Origin: Tubiluchus corallicola
Lineage: Eukaryota; Animalia; Priapulida
Length of the DNA stretch: 15,461 nt
Assembly: GCA_030141605.1 (NCBI GenBank)
Contig: JAQGDQ010002086.1
Location: forward strand, 1-15,461
Direction of reading: 5' to 3'
Shown: positions 1 through 8,700 of the stretch, in pieces
Position numbering within the stretch: position 1 is the first letter of the stretch
Layout: each line of letters opens with the position of its first letter
The notes under the pieces: model-generated
Seen by the model: only the letters and a program-made list of their open reading frames with translations
Databases searched by the model: none
Told to the model about the DNA's origin: nothing
Translations under genes and position numbers: made by a program

Positions 1-2907
1 AGATAATTTTTGGGTTGTACAGACTGGACCAAAAAAAACATGTGCGGTTCGTTAATTTACAAAAAATTGTCGCACCAAATGAATAGAATGATAAATTTTT
101 GGCAAATATGACAATCAGATGTCTGGGACGCATGTAGTCGATTTTGACGAGTTTAGCACCTTGGACGAGCAACTGACCTCATTGTTTACTTAGCCCGATA
201 TGCACAAAATTTCACCTGCACCCATCACAAGCTGCAAAATATTCTAAACAAAGTATTCGTACCTGCAGAAGTTTAATGTTTTGGTAACGAGTGTTATGAT
301 GGATGCATTTCGCCTTTTCATTTATCAAGAAAAACCACGAGAAACAAATTACCTGTATTTTTAAAATGTGGCTTAATAAATTTATGTTATTTTTCAGCTT
401 TTATGCTGTTTATGTGTTTATACAAAAGCATGGCTCAATTGATTATGTTCCACCTGCTGTGTGTTAATATGTGTTTATACAGGTGTGGTAATAATACATA
501 TATATATATATTATATCCGTATCATTGAAAACACTCACGACGCACACCATAGAAAGGGAATTATCCTGGATCAGCACCCCTCAAATGGATCACCATTTTT
601 GGGCTCAACAGAGAATCCATACTTCATAGACAGAAATGTAAATACTAATGTATTTTTACCAATTTTATCTAAATTTTTTTTGCCTATGACAAATTTATTA
701 CTTCAACCCACTACTGTACTATTCATTCTGTATCCAGAGTATACAATGCATAATTTGAAGTCTGTGTCTAGTCATGCATTCACAGGTTCTTACAAATGGG
801 CCTGTCACAATATTTCCCTCTGTCATCTCTTTTGTTCTGATGAAGATACCATGTATTGAAAGCTAAACATCTAAATTAAATTAATGTTGAAATATAACTG
901 CTGTGTTTGTGTTTTTCTCTAGTGTTTTTGTTACTATATTGTGGACTCTCATCTGGACACTGGGAAACTAGATTTGAGCTATATTCTGCAAATACAGCAC
1001 ACAGTTGACCAAGTTTCTTGAAATGAGCATCTAAGTAACGTTCCAAAAATGTGCTACAAAACTGGGCAACATTTTATATGCAGCAGACCACCAGCTTAAT
1101 AAGCTTGATCTAATGGACGCAGCTGAAAAGTTTACACACACTTAGCAACATATTTAAGTCAATATAGGCAATTATAATGGTCTATGGTTATAGTGCTGCA
1201 TGCATGTTTACTAAAACATTATTTCTGTTCAGCTGCTGCATACCAATAGAGCTACTTTTGCATGTTGCACAATAGTTGCTTTGCATTGTCCTCCATATGC
1301 ACTTAATGTTTATAGAAAGAAAGCTTGTTATCATAGCTATTGTGGTTTTCAACGTTCATAACATTATGCCATCAATACTGTGTGAGAATGACCATCAAAT
1401 ATTACACGTTGTGTTTGTTACTAGCCTTTTGTCATGTATTTTCAGATTTACCATAGCAAGCCTTTGCAGTTAGAATGTAACATAAACGCTCTTTGAAAAA
1501 CTTGTTGTTCTTCAAAAAATGTAAGTGCTTGTTCTAACTCATTCTCGTTGTGAAAAGTGTTTTTTCGTAGTGAAATGTTATAGTGCTTGAAGTTTTGACT
1601 TTTATTCTTGACTGTGGTCATCAATTCGACTTCATTTTGGTTACACAATAAACACAGTCATGTATGAGACTTAATCATACTTTTCAATCACCGGGACAAT
1701 ATTAGTTTGAAACGAATTTACCATATTTGGTAATTTTGTAACATTTGTCGTATGTGACTTCTTACTCTTAATGAATTTAAAGTCACATATAACAATTATA
1801 TGAGGAAATTGTTTTCACTATCTTATCAGTGCAAAGGAAATGACGGCAGATTTTGCTGTTCCTGATTTTGATGTGTTACTAAGAAAATATTCATTTTCCG
1901 TAAAATCGTGCCTTGAAACGTGATAACACCTGTCCGAGATGCTTCAATATATCTGATGTATGTTGTACTTGTAAACTTCACAGCAGATGGTAGGAGATAT
2001 GTTATGACTCGTGTATTTCCAAATCTCTCAGACTTACTTAAATCTGCAGGCCTATGTGTAATCTTTACCTGTGTACATAATTTTTTAATCTATTAATCGT
2101 ATAATTGGTTTTAACCACTAACTCTCATTTATCTTTTACCATTTACTGTGTCCATCTGACTTTATGGACATTTTCATGTGTGAAATAAAATTGAAATTGA
2201 ATTCAAAACCTACGTAGTTGTGGTAATGTTTATTGTATGCATCTATGAAGTACACCCAGCCAGAAATCACATGTCATACACTTACTGTCTAAGCTAGAGC
2301 AAATTTATGGCTAATTTCTGAAATGTTTTCGTGAACCAAAGTAAACTTGCAAAGTAAAGAGCGGTTGTTTTGCCAGTGTGCTTTGTATCTATAAAATTCT
2401 ATGGCCAGAAACATTATCATTATGGCTCGTTAATATAAGTGACATTATATTGGATCTTTCGTGAGAATGACTGTATATAGTTTGATTGTATTTCTGATAA
2501 TGCTTTTCTTGTAAATGTATTTCCCATTTGCATTGCAATGAAAATACAACACGAACATTTGCTAAAGTCAACTGAATGCTCGGCTACCTGTTCATTCTGT
2601 CTTTCATGACAGGTGTGTTTATCAACGAAATTGCTCTGCTTTTGAAAACCTTTCTGACTTTTTTCGAAAGCGATGCTATGAACATGAATACGTCTTCGTT
2701 TTTGGTTGATTTTGCTACTATGAATACAACTGAAAGTGGGGTTACATTTTTAGCAAAGTCTGTGATATCAATAAAAGTTCTGCTATTCCTCTTATTTGGT
2801 ATTTCTATAATAGCTGGAAACTTATTAGTTCTGATTGCAGTTTGTAAGATTCCTCGTTTGCAAACTAAAACAAATGTTCTTGTTGCGTCTCTTGCTGTAA
2901 CTGATTT
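1..2907 (+). repeat. Left arm of a large inverted duplication (probably continues beyond the window start)
   Basis: Reverse complement of 5130-8066. Position 1 AGATAATTTTTGGGTTGTACAGACTG matches the sequence ending at 8066. Mirror ORF pairs 1448-1648/6390-6590 and 2389-2571/5466-5648 have identical translations. Confidence 0.97.
1620..1870 (+). pseudogene. Putative old GPCR relic (mirror copy ~6170-6418, minus)
   Basis: ATCAATTCGACTTCATTTTGGTT resembles ATGAACTCGACTTCGTTTTTGGTT (MNSTSFLV) and directly follows block U. TIFGNFVTFVVC (1720-1755) resembles TM1 IIAGNLLVLIAVC, and FAVPDF (1852-1869) resembles LAVTDL. Spacing between these motifs differs from the intact gene. Confidence 0.45.
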
Positions 2908-2923
2908 TGATGTGTTACACTAA
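2576..2923 (+). pseudogene. Truncated inverted duplicate of the GPCR (N-terminus, TM1, half of TM2)
   Basis: Translation is identical to the intact receptor for 110 aa (through SLAVTD), then switches to FDVLH-stop at the junction at 2907. Position 2576 pairs with 5461 and 2907 with 5130, so there is no net indel. Confidence 0.9.
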
Positions 2924-3514
2924 GAAAATATTCATTTTTCCGTCAAATCGATGCCTTGAAACGTGATAACACCTGTCGAGATGCTTCAGTATATCTGATG
3001 TTGTACTTGTAAACTTCTGGCAGAAGGAGATATGTTATGACTCGTGTATTTCCAAATATCTCAGACTTAAATCTGCAGGCCTATGTGTAATCTTTACCTG
3101 TGTACATAATTTTTTAATCTATTAATCTTATAATTGGTTTTAACCACTAGCTCTCATTTATCTTTTATCATTTGCTGTGTCCAACTAACTTTATGGACAT
3201 TTTCATGTGTGAAATAAAATTGAAATTTAATTCAAAACTTACGTAGGTGTGGTAATGTTTATTGTATGCATCTACGAAGTCATCCAGCCAGAAATCAGAT
3301 GTCATACACCTACTGTCTAAGCTAGAGAAAATTTATGGCCATCGTCTAACAATACATATTGGTCTTGCCTAATAGCTGAAATGTTTTCGTGATCCAAAGT
3401 AAATTTGCAAAGTAAAGTGCATTTGTTCTGCTGGTGTGCTTTGTGTCTATAAAATTCTATGGCTAGAAACATTTTCATTGTGGCTTGTTAATATAAATGA
3501 CATTATATTGGATC

Positions 3515-3594
3515 TTGTGGTGTGTGTTGTTTGTTGTTTTTGTTGTTTTTTGTTGTTTTTTTGTTGTGTGTTTGTGTTGTGTTGTTTTTGTTTT
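3515..3594. repeat. G/T-only low-complexity tract (80 bp)
   Basis: Contains no A or C from 3515 to 3594 and is absent from the two homologous copies. Confidence 0.9.
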
Positions 3595-3697
3595 CGTGAC
3601 AGGTGTGTTTATCAATGAAATTGCTCTGCTTTTGAAAACCTTTCTGACTTTTTTGAATGCGATGCTATAATTTTATGAATTACGTCTTCATTTTTGG
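3595..3697 (+). pseudogene. Decayed GPCR 5' fragment
   Basis: GACAGGTGTGTTTATCAATGAAATTGCTCTGCTTTTGAAAACCTTTCTGACTTTTTT matches ~2608-2664. The MNMNTSSF codons are disrupted (GCTATAATTTTATGAATTACG versus GCTATGAACATGAATACG). Confidence 0.8.
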
Positions 3698-3767
3698 CCA
3701 AAAAAGTGGCCTCGTCTTCCGTTAAATCTACTGCAGTAAAATTAACCAAAAACGAAGTCGAGTTCAT
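3693..3767 (-). pseudogene. N-terminal 25 codons of a distinct GPCR paralogue, cut at the inversion junction
   Basis: Manual translation from the ATG at 3767 gives MNSTSFLVNFTAVDLTEDEATFLAK, which aligns without gaps to MNTSSFLVDFATMNTTESGVTFLAK of the intact receptor. Confidence 0.88.
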
Positions 3768-4445
3768 GATCAGAGAACTTTTTAGTTGTCATCAATAAAA
3801 GTCAGACCTTCAAGCAAGTGTAGAGAACTACTAATTTTTACTACAAAACAGGACAAGTTACCAACCGCGACTGTTTATGTCACTTGTCACTACAAAGCCA
3901 GCTATAGCAAATCTGAAAATGACCATGCGTGGTAGCATCTGCAAGGTTGCTAGAAACAAACGCAACATATATAAACGATAAAATGGTCATTCTCGCGCAG
4001 TGTTGGTACAGCATGATGTTATACACATTAAAAAGCATAATAGCTGTGATAACATACCTTCTCTTTATAAACGCTAAGTGCACATGCAGAATGATGTAAC
4101 GCAACTACTGTGCAACATGGAAGATTAGTTCTGTTGATATGCCTGACCAGAATAATGTTTTAGTAAACATGCATACAACATTATAACCATAGACTATTAT
4201 AATTGGACATTGTGTGCTCAACTTAAATATGTTGCTAAGTGTGTGTAAACCATTTGGTTGCTTCATTATATCAAGCTCATTAATCTGACGATCTTTTACA
4301 CATAAAATGTTGCTCAATTTTGTAGCACATCTTTGGAGCATTACTTGGATGTTGGCTTCAAAAAACTTGGTCAATTGTGTGCTCTATTTGAAGAATTTTG
4401 CTCACTTGTGCAGTTTCTCAGTTTCATGCTACTAACGCAGTTATC
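3741..4445 (+). repeat. Diverged non-coding block U (direct repeat of ~6395-7145, inverted relative to ~893-1643), lying upstream of MNSTS-type starts
   Basis: For example 4151 AATAATGTTTTAGTAAACATGCATACAACATTATAACCATAGACTATTATAATTG versus 6817 AATAATGTTTTAGTAAACATGCATGCAGCACTATAACCATAGACCATTATAATTG. Similarity is collinear over ~700 bp. Confidence 0.88.
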
Positions 4446-4453
4446 ATTAAGTT

Positions 4454-5461
4454 TTACAATTCACGTGAAAGCAACATTTTTTTGAAAGCTTGTCTAAAAT
4501 CAGTGCTAGACAGTGCATACACGATTGGATTAATGGCACTGTTGATAAATCCAAAAACATATAAAACTTGGTTTATTTCACGATTCTCTTCATAAGGCAA
4601 TATATAACAAACTGTCTGATACAGAGAAGAGGGACCCCAACATACCAGAAAAGCAAAGGTAACAATGGCTAAAGTTTTTGTTGCTTTCATCTGCATCACA
4701 TTTGCCTGGCTTCCTTGAATTTGACTATGTATCTGTAAGACGTGCCTTCTTGCAGTTCTCCAAATTAGGGCATACAGTACAAAAATCGTAAACACTGGTA
4801 AACAAAATGCTAAAGTGGCATCAACGACTAACAGAACACGTGTATTGAAACTGATTGCGAAAATAGTATAAAGCGCTGCCACAGTTAAAGCAACAATCCA
4901 AGTAATGGAAAGTGCGGCAACAATGGTTTCTTTTCTCACGATGGTGTGATACTTGAATGGATGAACAACAGCCACATATCTTTCAGCTGCTATCAGACAC
5001 AAGTGAAAAATGCTTGCATTCACCATTCCAACTTCAAATATGCACAGCACCAATACAAACACTTGGTTTGACAACACAGCTGGATACAACACTGCAGTCA
5101 CTTCTGCTGGTGTTGACAAACCAACAAGTAAATCAGTTACAGCAAGAGACGCAACAAGAACATTTGTTTTAGTTTGCAAACGAGGAATCTTACAAACTGC
5201 AATCAGAACTAATAAGTTTCCAGCTATTATAGAAATACCAAATAAGAGGAATAGCAGAACTTTTATTGATATCACAGACTTTGCTAAAAATGTAACCCCA
5301 CTTTCAGTTGTATTCATAGTAGCAAAATCAACCAAAAACGAAGACGTATTCATGTTCATAGCATCGCTTTCGAAAAAAGTCAGAAAGGTTTTCAAAAGCA
5401 GAGCAATTTCGTTGATAAACACACCTGTCATGAAAGACAGAATGAACAGGTAGCCGAGCAT
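4454..5461 (-). CDS. Intronless class A (rhodopsin-like) GPCR, orphan, aminergic/adenosine-receptor-like
   Basis: 335-aa ORF with seven hydrophobic segments and the class A motifs in order: TM1 GN (IIAGNLLV), TM2 SLAVTD, TM3 AAERY followed by VAVVHPFKY, TM4 W, TM5 FCLP...LY, TM6 FLVCWGP, TM7 NSAINPIVY, helix 8 FRQAFKKML. The true start may be M35/M37 (5359/5353; MNMNTSS, with N-glycosylation sequons NTS and NTT), because the paralogue at 3767 starts at the equivalent of M37. Confidence 0.95.
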   Translation of the reverse strand: MLGYLFILSFMTGVFINEIALLLKTFLTFFESDAMNMNTSSFLVDFATMNTTESGVTFLAKSVISIKVLLFLLFGISIIAGNLLVLIAVCKIPRLQTKTNVLVASLAVTDLLVGLSTPAEVTAVLYPAVLSNQVFVLVLCIFEVGMVNASIFHLCLIAAERYVAVVHPFKYHTIVRKETIVAALSITWIVALTVAALYTIFAISFNTRVLLVVDATLAFCLPVFTIFVLYALIWRTARRHVLQIHSQIQGSQANVMQMKATKTLAIVTFAFLVCWGPSSLYQTVCYILPYEENREINQVLYVFGFINSAINPIVYALSSTDFRQAFKKMLLSREL

Positions 5462-8066
5462 TCAGTTGACTTTAGCAAATGTTCGTGTTGTATTTTCATT
5501 GCAATGCAAATGGGAAATACATTTACAAGAAAAGCATTATCAGAAATACAATCAAACTATATACAGTCATTCTCACGAAAGATCCAATATAATGTCACTT
5601 ATATTAACGAGCCATAATGATAATGTTTCTGGCCATAGAATTTTATAGATACAAAGCACACTGGCAAAACAACCGCTCTTTACTTTGCAAGTTTACTTTG
5701 GTTCACGAAAACATTTCAGAAATTAGCCATAAATTTGCTCTAGCTTAGACAGTAAGTGTATGACATGTGATTTCTGGCTGGGTGTACTTCATAGATGCAT
5801 ACAATAAACATTATCACACCTACGTAAGTTTTGAATTAAATTTCAATTTTATTTCACACCTGAAAAAATGTCCATAACATTAGTTGGACACAGCAAATGA
5901 TAAACGATAAAAGAGAGTTAGTGGTTAAAACCAATCATAAGATTAATAGATTAAAAATTATGTACACAGGTAAAGATTACACATATTTAAGTAAGTCTGC
6001 AGATTTAAGTAAGTCTGAGAGATTTGGAAATACACAAGTCATAACATATCTCCTGCTGCTGTGAAGTTTACAAGTACAACATCAGATAGCCTGAAGCATC
6101 TCGGACAGGTGTTATCACGTTTCAAGGCACGATTTTACGGAAAATGAATATTTTCTTAGTAACACATCAAAATCAGGAACAGCAAAATCTGCCGTCATTT
6201 CCTTTGCACTGATAAGATAGTGAAAACAATTTCCTCATATTATTGTTATATGTGACTTTAAATTCATTAAGAGTAAGAAGTCACATACGACAAATGTTAC
6301 AAAATTACCAAATATGGTAAATTCGTTTCAAACTAATATTGTCCCGGTGATTGAAAAGTATGATTAAGTCTCATACATGACTGTGTTTATTGTGTAACCA
6401 AAATGAAGTCGAATTGATGACCACAGTCAAGAATAAAAGTCAAAACTTCAAGCACTATAACATTTCACTACGAAAAAACACTTTTCACAACGAGAATGAG
6501 TTAGAACAAGCACTTACATTTTTTGAAGAACAACAAGTTTTTCAAAGAGCGTTTATGTTACATTCTAACTGCAAAGGCTTGCTATGGTAAATCTGAAAAT
6601 ACATGACAAAAGGCTAGTAACAAACACAACGTGTAATATTTGATGGTCATTCTCACACAGTATTGATGGAGCATAATGTTATAAACATTGAAAACCACAA
6701 TACCTATGATAACAAGCTTTCTTTCTATAAACATTAAGTGCATATGGAGGACAATGCAAAGCAACTATTGTGTAACATGCAAAAGTAGCTCTATTGGTAT
6801 GCAGCAGCTGAACAGAAATAATGTTTTAGTAAACATGCATGCAGCACTATAACCATAGACCATTATAATTGCCTATATTCACTTAAATATGATGCTAAGT
6901 GTGTAAACTTTTCAGCTGCTTCCATTAGATCAAGTTTATTAAGCTGGTGGTCTGCTACACATAAAATGTTGCCCAGTTTTGTAGCACATTATTGGAACGT
7001 TACTTAGATGCTCATTTCATGAAACTTGGTCAACTGTGTGCTCTATTAGAAGAATACAGCTTAACCTAGTTTCCCAGGGTCCAGATGAGAGTCGACAATA
7101 TAGTAACAAAAACACTAGAGAAAAACACAAACACAGCAGTTATATTTCAACATTAATTTAATTTAGATGTTTAGCTTTCAATACATGGTATCTTCATCAG
7201 AACAAAAGAGATGACAGAGGGAAATATTGTGACAGGCCCATTTATAAGAACCTGTGAATGCATGACTAGACACAGACTTCAAATTATGCATTGTATGCTG
7301 TGGATACAGAATGAATAGTACAGTAGTGGGATGAAGTAATAAATTTGTCATAGGCAAAAAAAATTTAGATAAAATTGGTAAAAATACATTAGTATTTAAA
7401 TTTCAGTCTATGAAGTATGGATTCTCTGTTGAGCCCAAAATGGTGATCCATTTGAGGGGTGCTGATGCACTATAATTCCCTTTTCGTTTTCTATGGTGTG
7501 CGTCGTGAGTGTTTTCAATGATACGGATATTATATATTTTTTTTTTTTTATATATATATATATATATTATTACCACACCTGTATAAACACATATTAACAC
7601 ACAGCAGGTGGAACATAATCAACTGACCCATGCAAATGATTTTGTATAAACACATAAACAGCATAAAAGCTGAAAAATACCATAAATTTATTAAGTCACA
7701 TTTTAGAAATACAGGTAATTTGTTTCTCGTGGTTTTTCTTGATAAATGAAAAGGCGAAATGCATCCATCATAACACTCGTTACCAAAATATCAAACTTCT
7801 GCAGGTACGAATAGTTTGTTTAGAATATTTTGTGAAGTTGCAGATGGGTGCAGGTGAAATTTTGTGCATATCACAAGTAAAACAATGAGGTCAGTTGCTC
7901 GTCCAAGGTGCTAAACTCGTCAAAATCGACTACATGCGTCCCAGACATCTGATTGTCACATTTGCCAAAAATTTATCATTCTATTCATTTGGTGCGACAA
8001 TTTTTTGTAAATTAACGAACCGCACATGTTTTTTTTGGTCCAGTCTGTACAACCCAAAAATTATCT
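5130..8066 (-). repeat. Right arm of the large inverted duplication
   Basis: Reverse complement of 1-2907, with scattered substitutions and small indels in the outer part and at ~5815-6095. It carries the 5' third of the intact GPCR and its upstream region. Confidence 0.97.
7528..7572. repeat. (TA)n / poly-T microsatellite (shorter mirror copy at ~497-516)
   Basis: TATATATTTTTTTTTTTTTATATATATATATATA; the left-arm copy lacks the homopolymer run. Confidence 0.85.
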
Positions 8067-8347
8067 TAATCTTATATGTGAAAAATCATACTATCTCTCT
8101 TTTAGCTCCAAAAACAAATCACCTTATGTCCCTAAAACATTTAAGCTGACTATAGGGCTAAGACCTGGGCTCAGTATGAACCAATATGGGAAACCTTGGC
8201 TTTATGGAAGAGTAATAAAATGCAGGAAATTCCTCCGTCACATCTTCTGCAGATTGACAGGGAAAAATGAAGCACGTTACTTACGGTAAAATTTACTATT
8301 ATTAAGATAAAGCTAAAATGCGTGCATTTCACTTGCATTCACTCCTC

Positions 8348-8700
8348 TTTAAAGGAAAAGACAAACCTTCTGCAAACTTAAGCTTATTTCAATGGCTGCG
8401 AAAAATTTAGTAATAAAAGTGTGATAACCGCCTCGGGTAATTAGTAAAATCAGTTTAATGTCGTGATCATTTCCTGCTTGGCGACCCCATTTTCAACGCC
8501 CATTCTTCTTCCAATGACGTCATTCGTCCTGAAGAAAATTAGCTCACTGTCAATATCCGTCAAGGATATAATAAGTTTTGACAAGAAAATTAGACAGCTA
8601 ATTACTAGGTAGAGAGTTTTTGAGAATTTCTTTGCTATATTTTTCTAAGATTAAGAGATAATAGTAAATAAACCCAACACTGAGTGAGTTGTTCTTTGTT
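8348..8700 (+). repeat. Dispersed repeat, copy 1 (possible non-autonomous DNA transposon)
   Basis: Collinear similarity to 10475-10990: TTTAAAG.AAAG, TTAAGCTTATTTC, TTAGTAATAAAA, TTCTTCCAATGACGTCATTCGTC, AATTTCTTTGCTAT, CTGAGTGA.TTGTTCTTT. Confidence 0.75.

Larger units (their letters stand above)
2901..3697 (+). repeat. Third, diverged copy of the GPCR upstream region plus 5' end (direct repeat of 1862-2705)
   Basis: 2901 CTGATTTTGATGTGTTAC..AAGAAAATATTCATTTT matches 1862 onward. Similarity continues to ACGTCTTCATTTTTGG (3697), against ACGTCTTCGTTTTTGG (2705). Confidence 0.92.

Noticed and set aside
461-1648. Short ORFs 461-859, 1276-1473, 1448-1648 and their counterparts (6390-6590, 6582-6764, 7403-7600, 3880-4104, 4105-4374)
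   Set aside because: They recur only because of the duplication. Frames are broken by indels between most copies, several use non-ATG starts, and none has a recognisable domain.
1751-1789. Hairpin TATGTGACTT-19 nt-AAGTCACATA (mirror at ~6249-6287)
   Set aside because: The 10-bp stem is real but plausible by chance in AT-rich DNA, and there is no evidence of function.
4398-5453. Plus-strand ORFs 4398-4595, 4957-5172 and 5010-5453
   Set aside because: Antisense shadows of the GPCR CDS with no recognisable motifs.
5984-6017. Tandem ATTTAAGTAAGTCTG duplication in the right arm only
   Set aside because: An ordinary local slippage event, useful only as a marker that distinguishes the arms.
1-8066. 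Palindrome arms as terminal inverted repeats of a transposon, or as a read fold-back chimera
   Set aside because: The arms consist of host GPCR sequence and end at microhomology junctions, with no transposase. The many arm differences and the complex spacer argue against a simple chimeric read, although a haplotype mis-join is not excluded.
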